Positions 27,049-38,635 of a stretch of DNA of 64,000 nucleotides are shown piece by piece. Position 1 is the stretch's first letter, and each line of letters starts with the position of its first letter. This DNA is from Octopus vulgaris (lineage: Eukaryota). A model generated the notes under the pieces. That model ran no database searches. It was not told the origin of the DNA and worked only from the letters and a program-made list of their open reading frames with translations. Made by a program: the position numbers and the translations under genes. Location: assembly GCA_951406725.2 (NCBI GenBank), contig OX597835.1, forward strand, positions 23,808,001 to 23,872,000, in the 5' to 3' direction.

Positions 27049-27113
27049 TGTTAATAACCAGTGGACTTGAACAATCACCATTTGATGTTCAGCGAGTTGA
27101 TTAATGTTTTCTT
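27049..27113 (-). other. Candidate ADPRM 5'-UTR exon
   Basis: On the minus strand: ctaat branch-like site plus cctag acceptor, and an ACA|gtaagt donor, in unique non-repeat sequence. Confidence 0.35.
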
Positions 27114-27213
27114 CTAGGTTGGTTATTAGAAACGGAAGTTTACATAAGCGTGAGGGAAGATAGAGAGAGAGAAAGAGAGAGTATGTTGCACATCTCGTTT
27201 CGCTTTCTCTCTT

Positions 27214-27290
<77 letters not shown>

Positions 27291-27590
27291 AGTAAAAGAG
27301 TATATACGCACACACACACACGGTATATATAGTTCAGTATACGTATGTGCAAATGCGTATGTGTAAATACACGTCTATCTGTCAATCTATACTCATACAC
27401 ACACGTACACACACACACACACACACATACATATATGGAGAAAGATAGAGAGATAGAAGAAGAGACTAGCGAGATGGTGGGGGGAGAAAGAGAGACAGAT
27501 GGATACCGGTTAGTACACATATTCGTGTATTTGTATAGAGAAATGCACAAAAATAGGTTGATCTGTGCGTGTGTGTGTGTGTGTACTTAC

Positions 27591-27800
27591 GTAACTTAGC
27601 CGAATAAAGGAATAAAGAACGGAACACTCTTGTGTATTGAATTCTGCTTCTTGTTTGTTCCCGCTATCCAACTACTACACACAGACACACACACACTCAC
27701 ACTTCATTGAAAAAGCTATTGTAACAATGATTTTGTCAAATTTTGACAAGTGCCCCGTGACGTCTTTGCGTCGCTTTAACTTCTCGGTTAACTGACACTA
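27591..27800 (-). promoter_or_regulatory. Candidate ADPRM first exon/promoter
   Basis: TAC|gtaagt donor at 27590 on the minus strand; CpG-containing unique sequence with a CRE-like GTGACGTC near 27757. Confidence 0.3.
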
Positions 27801-27803
27801 GTT

Positions 27804-28124
<321 letters not shown>

Positions 28125-28446
28125 CCTCTACTCTTTTACTTGTTTCAGTCATTTGACTGAGGCCATGCTGGAGCACCGCCTTTAGTCGAGCAAATCGACC
28201 CCAGGCCTTATTCTTTGTAAGCCTAGTACTTATTCTATCGGTCACTCTTGCCGAACCGCTAGGTTACGAGGACGTAAACACACCAGCATAAGTTGTCAAG
28301 CGATGTTGGAGGCTATAGTAGAAGACACATGCCCAAGGTGCCACGCAGTGGGACTGAACCCGGAACCATGTGGTTGGTAAGCAAGCTACTTACCACACAG
28401 CCACTCCTACGCCTATTCATTTTTAATCAAATACTTACTGAAGACC

Positions 28447-28518
<72 letters not shown>

Positions 28519-28675
28519 TTCGCGTGGTTCTGGGTTCAATACCACCGTGTGGTACTTTGGACTAGTGTCTTCTACTATAGCGTCAGTATCACCGTGAAAA
28601 AGTACATCACTATACCAAATTTGAAAATTTTGACTTTATTTCAGAATTTCAAAATCTGTGAAACTAACAGAAAAC

Positions 28676-28834
28676 CACTAGTGTAGCTAGAATGTGTGCC
28701 GCCTGGGGTGGCCCTTCCGTTTGTCGCCCCCAGACCCCACATAAAACACATATTGCTTACAGCCGACCCCAAAATGGTGCCCCATTAAAAATGCCGCCCT
28801 GGGCGGACCCCCCCCCCCCCCAGCTACGCTTGTG
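28676..28834. mobile_element. hAT-type MITE, 159 bp
   Basis: Exact 8-bp TSD CAGAAAAC (28668-28675, 28835-28842); TIR CACTAGTGTAGCT/AGCTACGCTTGTG. Confidence 0.75.
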
Positions 28835-28841
28835 CAGAAAA

Positions 28842-29462
28842 CGGATCTTTTCCTTTTGAACGGCAGTTTTCAACACAATTTCTAGTTAACTAAACACTCT
28901 TAAACTTCGTATACTGGTAGAATGTCTCAAAATAAAACATTTTTTTCTCTTGGCTTTCTTGAGAAAATTGTAATTAAGGTAGTTTAATTTTTCGAATTTT
29001 TGCCTCTATTGAGCTAAAATCATTTGCTGCGTCTAAAAACTGAGACAACATCCTGTCATTTACCCTAACCCTAACCCTAAATTTTAGCCTCTCGTTTTTT
29101 TTTTTCTTAATTGTTATATTAATTTAATTGTTACGCGTGTGTCTAAAATTATTCGTTTTGTTTTTGTTTTGAGATACACGTGTATTGTTTAAACTATTTT
29201 CCATTGCTCAAGAAAAGAAAAACGAAAGCAATGGAAAATAATTTAAACAATTAACAAACAAAATAATTCTATAATTTTATCCACAAGTTTTCCGTACGTA
29301 AACATAACAGTGACAGGATGTTGTCTCAGTTTTAGACGCAGCAAATGATTTTAGCTCAATAGAGGCCATTGATTGGTTAAAATTCGAAAAATTAAAATAC
29401 GTTAAACTTACAAATTACAATTTTCTAGTGTTGAAAACTGCCGTTCAAACGGAAAACATCCG
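28842..29462. mobile_element. Foldback-like MITE with long TIRs and internal (CCCTAA)3
   Basis: Ends CGGATCTTTTCC..TGAACGGCAGTTTTCAACAC / GTGTTGAAAACTGCCGTTCA..GGAAAACATCCG; inner arms about 29001-29058 and 29311-29366. Confidence 0.7.
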
Positions 29463-30384
29463 AAGTGAAATCATGGACACAAAGGAGCATTTATGTAAAT
29501 ATTTTTGTCTTTTCTGTATACCATATGAAGGCGATAAGAGTTATTGTCCATAACCTTTACATATCTTATTCTCCGATTGGTAAAGTTGACACGCAAGTGG
29601 GACATGAGGAGTGCGAGTCCCCTTCCCACCTTAACGGATATGACGTAAATGAAAAAAATCTGAACTCCTTCACACCTGGCGCAAGTGGAGGTGTTAGAAG
29701 AGCTCTGCTTCCGTGTTCTGACGGTTCGTGTTACGGTCACTAAACGTTACGTCAGTTGATAGCTATCGTGAAAGTTAACATGCAGTTTAGTGTCCTGGAA
29801 AAGTGAAAGTAAAGTATTTCGATGGCTTATATAACATGAAAACGATACATAGAACGTAGCTGTGTGATAAGAAGCTTGCTTCCCAACCACGTGGTTCCGG
29901 GTTCAGTCCCACTGCGTAGCACCTTGGCAAATGTCTTCTACTATAGCCTTGGGCCGACCAAAGCCTTGTGAATATGTTTAGTAGACGGAAACTGAAAGAA
30001 ACCCGTCGTATACATACATCTGTGTGTCTTTTTGTCTCTGTTCCCTCACCACCGCTTGACAACGGGTGTTGGTGTGTTTACGTACCGATAACTTGGCAGT
30101 TCGGCAAGAATAAGTTTCCGGCTTAAAGAAAAATAAGTACTGGGTCAATTCATTCGACTAAAAATTCTTGAAGGCAGTGCCTCAGCATGGCCGCGGTCTA
30201 TTGACTGAAACAAATAAAATGATCCAACGCAAATGGCCAGTTGTAGTTCTGAGGAACTAGGTCATACTACCATTCTCCTTAGATCGGTGAATGTATTGCT
30301 ATTCGTTATCTTATAGTTTTTTAATTATTTCATTTTTAAGTAATTTGTGGTAGTGGTTGATGTTTACATCGTAAATGTTACCAA

Positions 30385-30612
30385 CCTTATCAGCACGAAC
30401 AAGCTAGCACTAGTTTAAGTAGATTAATTCGGGAAATTAAGGACAAAAATAAGGAATATACACTGAAGCGGGGAGTAATTAGCAGGGCAAAATCTTATAG
30501 CATTGGAAGCAAAAGGTGTGATCTGTGCGTTGAGGAAAATTTCCAGATCATTATATTCAAGCACAAATTAATCAACACTAAAAGAGAAAGCGGTTTTTTG
30601 TTGTACACATTG
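30385..30612 (+). mobile_element. Penelope-like element GIY-YIG endonuclease C-terminal fragment
   Basis: Translates as STSLSRLIREIKDKNKEYTLKRGVISRAKSYSIGSKRCDLCVEENFQII...LINTKRE, the T-L-S...CxLC..E...LN.R.E pattern seen at PLE ORF ends; recognised by eye only. Confidence 0.6.
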
Positions 30613-30627
30613 GATCAAATATATTCT

Positions 30628-30827
30628 CTTTTACTCTTTTACATGTTTCAGTCATTTGACTGCGGCCATGCTGGAGCACCGCCTTTAATCGAGCAACTCG
30701 ACTCCGGGACTTATTCTTTTGTAAGCCCAGTACTTATTCTATCGATCTTTTTTGCCGAACCGCTAGGGTAACGGGGACATAAACACATCAACATCGGTTG
30801 TCAAGCAATGTTAGGGGACAAACACAA

Positions 30828-30866
<39 letters not shown>

Positions 30867-31040
30867 CATATATACGACGGGCTTCTTTCAGTTTCCGTCT
30901 ACCAAATCCACTCACAAGGCTTTGGTCGGCCCGAGGCTATAGTAGAAGACACTAAAACCCAAGGTGCCATGCAGTGGGACTGAACCCGGAACCATGTGGT
31001 TGGTAAGCAAACTACTTACCACACAGCCGCTCCTGCGCCT
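30628..31040 (-). mobile_element. Full-length tRNA-headed SINE family B (other copies about 22470-22860(-), 23975-24375, 29857-30215, 49345-49755, 52700-53105(-), 54608-54942(-))
   Basis: Head GGCTGTGTGGTAAG...GGTTCAGTCCCAC, internal (CA)/(TA) microsatellite, tail GACTGAAAC..TAAAAGAG. Confidence 0.85.
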
Positions 31041-31599
31041 ATGTTTAATAAATATGTTTAATAAATTCAAATAAATAAAATTAAATGAACATTGACATTC
31101 TCATAACTAAATTAGTAGAAGTTAAATAGATATATTGATTAAAATATATTTTACTTATATTCTTTTCGCAAGTGAGTAGAGATAGGAGTGGTAGCCAACC
31201 CTTATAAAACCGATCTAAGGAGAATGGTAGTATGACCTAGTTCCTCAGAATTATAACTAGCCATTGTTCACTGTGGTCGTAGTTTAACCTGAAGCTATTT
31301 TAAGAAAGAAATCCAAAAGGCACACGTACTGGCAAACACAAACACACAAAAGCATGCTGCTATCTCCGTCTGTAAGCAACTCTCCATCCATTTGTCAATA
31401 ATTTTTGCCCTGAAGAGATTTTTAGCTTTTAAATGCATAATGCAACCTTAATTGCAAAATATGAATGAAAGTAAGAAATTGAAACGTACGTAGGCTATAT
31501 GAAATTGGCTATTATATAAATAAATTGATTTTTTTCTGTGTTCAAACTCTCCATTTTCCTTATATTATATTATATTATATTATATTATATTATATTATA

Positions 31600-31993
31600 C
31601 TAGCAGTATCGCCCGGCGTTGCTCGGGTTTGTAAGGGAAATAACTATATAAGCATTTTTAGAGATGTAAAGTATAATAGCCATCTCAATATGGCTAACCA
31701 CAAAGGGGGTGTTACTGTAGCTTTTTACGTTCTGAGATTTAATAATACATTTTTAGAGAGTTACTTCCCTTATATAATAGCAAAAAATGCATTAAAAATG
31801 GGAAAAAATTATGGAAATTTTTTTTTTTAAATCGTAGACTCATCGTAGACGCGCGCTGATACCCAGAAGGGCTCGATATGAATCACGACTATAAGATACC
31901 CGGTTTTGGTTAAACTGCACCGCAAAATGTGGGAGTAGTTAGGAATCTAAATCGTAGGAGACAGACACACAACTTCACTTTTATATATAAAGA
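31600..31993 (-). mobile_element. Non-autonomous Helitron (about 394 bp)
   Basis: On the minus strand: 5' TC (A|TCTTTATATATAAAAG), subterminal hairpin CCCGAGCAACGCCGGG, 3' CTAG|T, no TSD. Confidence 0.75.
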
Positions 31994-32743
31994 TATAAAA
32001 CACTACCCCGCCCGATTTTAACGTCACGATCTGAGACTAATCCATTCTGTTGCAAAACAATAAAACAAGTTTTGTGGATAAGACATTGCTTCTTGTTGGG
32101 ATTTCTTCGCCCCTTTGCTCTATCCTTCTGGAAGGTCACAAATGATGTCCTTCTTCCTCTTTCTAGGCCAGGGATGGACAACATTTTTCGAGAAGGGGAT
32201 CTACGAACCATGACCCATCATCCAACGGGTCACTAATAAAAATTTCGGAGTATTTTTTAGGTGTGCCATTTAGAAAATGCCGTCGCCCGCATTTTGTCCA
32301 TTAATGATGTATAAACCATTTAAAATATCTCACATCTAACGTAAATAACAGTCCCCCCCTCTTTGCGTTTGTTTCTCCTCTCTCTCTCTCTCTCTCTCTC
32401 TCTACCTATCTATCAACCTCCATGTCTCTCTTCTGTCTGTCTCTGTCTCTGTGTCTCTCTCTAGCTGTGTCCGTGTTTTTCTCATCTCTATCTGCTGCTG
32501 TCTTCTCTCTCATTCTCCATCTGCCTCGGTTCCCTCTATCTCTCTCTCTTACCCTTATCTCTCTGTCTCACCCTTCTCCCTTTCTCTTTCTCTTAGTTTC
32601 TCGATCCCTCCTTGTACTCCCGCTGACCTATAGTAAACAAACCAATTAGCTACTATATTTTTACTGTCTGATTTTCACAGAAATACCGACCAATACTGGT
32701 ATTTCGTTTGGTTAACTGAATGTTCAGTACAAGTTTAACTGTT

Positions 32744-32856
<113 letters not shown>

Positions 32857-33110
32857 AATTCGTTAGACACGGAAGCTGAGCGAAAGTGCTCGCTGGGTGT
32901 GTTGGACTTATGATTGGAAGAGTCACACAGCGTCTCGCCGATTCTGTCAGGGAATTACAAACAAACTTCAAGTGTCTGGAGGAATACTCGGCCAATTTTA
33001 TCGAGATTCAAAGGGCTGGGTAGTTTCAGTTGATAGAACAAATAGAAAATTCATTATCAAAACAAATCGCAGGAACTAAGAGTGGGTTGTATACTGTGGT
33101 TAACTACCGA

Positions 33111-33324
33111 GGCGATCTTTCGTCTCTAGTAGACCTTTCCGTCGATTTCCGTAAAAAAATTTTTTTTTTACATACGGGCTTGCGGGAACTTTTGAAGTAA
33201 TATACATACATATACACATACACCGAGTAAAAAATTTCAGTTATCTCTTTCTTTCACACATTACTCTGTCTCTTCACACACACTAACAGAAGCACTTCAC
33301 TTACACAACATACTGTCTGTCAAA

Positions 33325-33358
<34 letters not shown>

Positions 33359-33536
33359 TGTCCATCAATGCTCCCATGCACGGTAACTTCAAAAGAACTT
33401 CCCTCGTCATACAATCGCTTTCTCTTAGTCTCTTTCGCTCTCATTACTTCAAAAGTTCCCGCAAGCCCATATGTAAAAAAAAAAAATTTTTTTTACGGAA
33501 ATCGACGGAAAGGTCTACTAGAGACGAAAGATTGCC
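33111..33536. mobile_element. Merlin-type MITE (426 bp)
   Basis: Exact 8-bp TSD ACTACCGA (33103-33110, 33537-33544); about 90-bp TIRs beginning GGCGA/GGCAA. Confidence 0.7.
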
Positions 33537-33780
33537 ACTACCGAAGTTAAACGGCCGCAATAAAAGAATCTGTGAAGGACATGTTGTCAGTAGTGGTAAT
33601 AAATATTGTGCAATAATATCTAGTTCATGTTATCATTTGTGTACAATAAAATCTTACAAATGAAACATGTTACCAACGTGTATGTAGGTTGGATGTATTA
33701 AGTAAGCACTAGTGGCTTAAGCATGGCCTTGTTTCACCTGGAGGTGTATCTCTGATAAAGAACAGAAGGGAATACCGGCA

Positions 33781-34217
33781 TACCTACACAAGTGTGCCAT
33801 CCACGCCCGCGACTTTGTTTCCTCGTAATTTTCAGAAAAAAAGAAAAATTTTTTTAATGAAATTTTCTATAATTATCTTTTAAATGGTGTTGTGATTTTG
33901 AATCATATCACAAGTTGCTGTGAAAACTTTTCCCGAAGGTGGTAGTAGGAGGGAGAAGAGTTTTGGATAATTCCACGTGTCAACTTTGTTTCCTCATCAC
34001 TTTTAAGAAAAATCTGTGTGTGTGTGTGTGTTGATGTGTGTGATGTGTGTCAGTATGTATGTGTGCGCGCCAACCATTTTTTTTTTCATATTAAATTCCT
34101 ATTTAATTATAATCTACACCATCTGAAAGGTATTTCCCGAAATTTAATTTAAAATACCGATTTTTCTTAAAGTTATGAGGAAACAAAGTCACGAGGCGGG
34201 GAACACTTATCTAGGTA
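33781..34217. mobile_element. TIR element / MITE
   Basis: TACCTACACAAGTGT...GACTTTGTTTCCTC pairs with GAGGAAACAAAGTC...ACACTTATCTAGGTA. Confidence 0.5.
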
Positions 34218-35499
34218 TGGTGAGCAGAAATCTAGACGTACAGAATGTCTTTATTTCTAGTTAGGTCTATGTACTGAATATGCTAAATCTAACTTAAAGG
34301 ATCTTTTCTGTTTGGTTCGCACCTTTTGAAATTCTAAAATTAAGTGAAAATTTCCAAATTTGGTATGTCGATGTAAAAATTTTCACGCTGAATCTGATGT
34401 TGCTATCCACTTGTTCTAGAAAAAGTCCAGAAAAATGTTGCAGAGTTTAAAGTTTGATTATCTTTACCCAATCAGAAAACAGGATTTGGAAAGCTGGAAT
34501 AGAAGACACGCTTGTGTAGGAATGCTGGACAGGTATAGACATGAACACGTTCAGAAAATAGTCGCTCTTCGTACTACTGGTTTCACATTTTTGGCATAAG
34601 GCCCTCAATTTTTTGGGAGGGGTAAGTCAGTTACATCCACCCCAGTACTCGGTTAGTATTTATTTTATCGACTCCAAAAGGATGAAGGGCAATGTCAACC
34701 TATGCAGAATTTAAACTCAGAACGTAAAGACGGACGAAATGCCGTTGAGCATTTTGCCCTGCGTGCTAACGATTCTGCAAGTTCGTCGCCATTGTAACTT
34801 TAGTTAGTGCTCTTCATACAGATAGCATTTATTTAAAAGTTTAAATGCGCAGCGAACTGTAAAATTACCGTCATCATATCCACCACTGCCAAAAGAAGAT
34901 CGCCTCACTCTCCATTCAGTTTTTTTCCTTCTCCTACATGCTTGAGTACCTGTGTATCTGCTCCAGTGTCTCAGAAACCACAGAAGCTAGGAAGTGTAAT
35001 GTATAATTTTATGAATGAATACTAAATATTTATAACATTTTCATTGGCTTTTAGCCACTTTCAGACGAACAAACGACAAGAGCGTGCTAGTGTAAATGAC
35101 GTCACTCCACACGAGAAGTGAATCTACTTAACTCTCACATCGACTAAATGCTATTGACGTAAAGTCACCATTTTCCATGGTTTCCGGATTTTAACTGACC
35201 CAAATTATCCTTCAAAAATCGCCTTTTCTTTGTTTTGTTTAAATACACCCCTTCTGCCTTCCTTTGTTTCAGTATGTTGGGTAATGAAAGGCCTTTATGA
35301 ATAACGAAATCAGGTTTGTAGAAAGCGATAGATATTTGTAGCGGAATGTAATGTTGAAGGATCAATGAAAGTTGTCAGGTGCAGCAGATGATGTTAGGCG
35401 TGTTTGGACTGGTATCAATGAAAATCAATGAAGAAAGAATAGGAATGTAGTTTACACTATTTATTTGGTCGTAGTTGCATTCGCTTGTTGGCTACTGAA

Positions 35500-35960
35500 A
35501 GCTTGCCATTGAATGTCAAGAATTTTTCTAAGTTGGATGCTATGAAAGTAGTTCAGCTTCATTGCATGCCATTCTTAGTCCATACTTCACAGCCATAGAA
35601 ACAGTGTAGTGAGATATCCGGTCTTACGAACCATGCCCTTTGTCTCTTGAGAGATGCCTCTATTGTTTCATACATTCTTGTGGAGTCTGCTGAATGTGAC
35701 ACTGGCCTTGAAGAATTTGGTATTCATTTTGTTGTCAATGACGACGGTTCAAGAAAGTATGCTTCCTACTTCAGTGGATTTGTCCCACAGCATTCGCTTG
35801 TTGTCTGTTGACGAAGAAGATGTTGGTTTCAATGCATACTTTTCCGTTGAGCTGATTGATGCATTATTTCGGTTGTCTTTGTATTAATCGACTGGTTGAA
35901 AATGTCACAGGTGCTAGAGGACTTGTCGACCTTTTATTGCATATCCAGCTTCTGAGACAG
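35500..35960 (-). mobile_element. Degenerate RTE-like LINE reverse transcriptase fragment
   Basis: Broken frames give KASVTFSRLHKNV..NNRGISQETK, YGCEVW and KLNYFHSIQLRKILDIQW. Confidence 0.7.
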
Positions 35961-37957
35961 CATTGGGAACATAGTCATTTTCAAGCAGAAAGACAACGGA
36001 GAGACATCAGAAACATTCTTTGTTTCTAGCTACCGCCCTGTTCATCCACTGTTTTCATTTATGTTGTCAGACGCCTTCCTTCAAAGACACAGATATTAGC
36101 AATAGTATCAGGGGTAATGTGACGTCTTCGGCACAGCTGCTTTGGCGTTACTGCTTCGACGCTGACTTGTTTGACATCAGACGTCTTAAGGGTTCACTCG
36201 TTCTCTCCTTCCTCCTCTCTCTCATTGTTTTTGTGTGAAAACATATCTCTACATATACGAGGAAAGCGAAAGTATTTATATCAATTGTATTCAACTAATA
36301 AATCGTAATTTCTCTCTCCCTCCCTCTCTCATTCTCTATGTGTATCTTTTTCTCTTACCTTTTATCTGTTTCAGTTATTAGACTGCGGTCATGCTGGGGC
36401 ACAGCCTTGAAGAACTTCTATTCGAATGACTCAACCCCAGTACATATTTTTTGAGGCCGGGTACTTATTGTATCAGTCTCTCTTTTTGCCGAACCGCTAA
36501 GTCATGGGGGACTTAAACAAACGAACACCACTTATCAAGCAGTGGTAAGGGAGAAACACACACACACACACACATACACATACATCGGGCTTCTTTTCAG
36601 TTTCCGTCTACCAAATCCCCTCTTAAGGCTTTGGTCAGCCCGAAGCTGTAGTAGAAGGCACCTGCCCAAGGTGCCACACTGTGGGACTGAACCCTCAACC
36701 AGCTTCTTACCGCACAACTACGCCCGCGCCTGTTATGGGTATATTTCTGTACGTGTGTGTGCGCGTGCGCGCGTTTGCGTCCAGCTGTCGCCAAAAAAGA
36801 CAACAGACAGAGTGTCTAAACGTGCGCCCAAGACCAAAGATGGCTGTACTGTTTGGTGCACCGTATCTCGAGGACATTTATACTGCTACATAACTACAGG
36901 CGCAGGAGTGGCTGTGTGATAAGAAGTTTGCTTCTCACCCATATGGTCTCGGGTTCAGTCTCACTACATGGCACCTTGGGCAAGTCTCTTCTATAGTCCC
37001 GGCTTGACCAAAATCTTAAGAGTGGATTTGGTTTGTTATGTAATCATCACAACAAACATGAACAATCAACGTTGCCCATTGTCTCCCTTGATACAAAGAC
37101 ATTCAGTAAGTTTCCCGCCACAACAAATACCTTGTACAACAACGGCAGTCTAATAAAGTATCTCGTATCGTTAACATGTTTTTTCAGTCTCTCTCATTTT
37201 CTTAATCTTTCATACTAAGTACTCACTACTTCCTTTAATACTCAATACATTGTATATATATAACAACAACAGGTTGACGGAAACTGAAAGAAGCCCCTCG
37301 CATTCATCCATCTTCGTTGGCTGCTATCTTCTAGCATATCGAGTAATCACATCGGGTGACCACTTGCGAACGCCCTCGTTGGCTGCTATTCATAGTACAC
37401 CGATTGACTACATCCCTCCCTCCATCCCTCCTCCATTCATCTTTCTTTCCACACACACTACTGAGACAAGAACCGGTTCTCGTATTCCGCTTAATGGACA
37501 TTCTGTATCACTTTTTGCCTGGCAGAAACGTTAGCACGGCGGGCGATATGCGTAGCCGTATTTCGTCTGCCGTTACGTTCTGAGTTCAAATTCCGCCGAG
37601 GTCGACTTTGCCTTTCATCCTTTCGGGGTCGATTAAATATGTACCAGTTACGCACTAGGGTCGATATAATCGACTTAATCCGTTTGTCTGTCCTTGTTTG
37701 TCCTCTCTGTGTTTAGCCCCTTGTGGGTAGTAAAGAAATTGATATTTCGTCTGCCGTTACGTTCTGAGTTCAAATTCCGCCGAAGTCGACTTTGCCTTTC
37801 ATCCTTTCGGGGTCGATAAATTAAGTACCAGTTGTGTACTGAGGTCGATCTAATCGACCGGCTCCCCTTCCCCCAAATTTCGGGCCTTGTGCCTAGAAAA
37901 AAAAGGATGTCACCCTATAGAATGACATCAACATAGCAACGTAGCAAGAGAAAGTGA

Positions 37958-38076
<119 letters not shown>

Positions 38077-38542
38077 AGTTATTGCAAGGAACAGAAAAAG
38101 TACAAGAAAAGAATTTCGAAAATGTTGAGTTTTTCGGATACGAAAGCTGCGGCTATAAAATAGTTGTCTGTCTTTTAATGTGGTCGTTAGAAACCAGCTG
38201 AAGTGTTTCTTGTTTCCCAGCCATTAGTTTAATTCATTGCGACCGCATAGCAGCAATACGCACACTTGTTATACAGAGTTAAGAAGTTTCCCATAATTCT
38301 TAAACTTCATCATATAACCACATTATTCGTAGTTGTTTATCAATTGAGCCATTTTTTTGTTGTTTTTCTTGTTTAATTGTAAAAAAAAAGCCCCGAAAAA
38401 TGAACGAATGAGGCGGTTTTCAAAACAAACCAACATGAGGAGGAGGTAGAACTGGTCAAAGTTATCTCGTTCTTTTCGAAATTTCTTTTATTTAATAGCT
38501 TTATATATATATATATATATTTATTTCACTTCTCCATGAACC

Positions 38543-38635
38543 ATGTCTGCGACTGTGGAGGGAAATACAGAACGATACGAACAGTTACAAAACATAAAAG
38601 CCAAGTCTTGTGCCTTACCCAAAGAACGTGACCAG
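38543..38635 (+). CDS. POMT1: POMT1 probable exon 1 ([14 protein letters not shown]...KERDQ)
   Basis: accATG with an in-frame upstream TGA; CAG|gtaatg donor, phase 0 matching exon 2; non-conserved N-terminus, so less certain. Confidence 0.55.

Noticed and set aside
29063-29080. True telomere or chromosome fusion site
   Set aside because: Only three CCCTAA units, located inside a TIR element.
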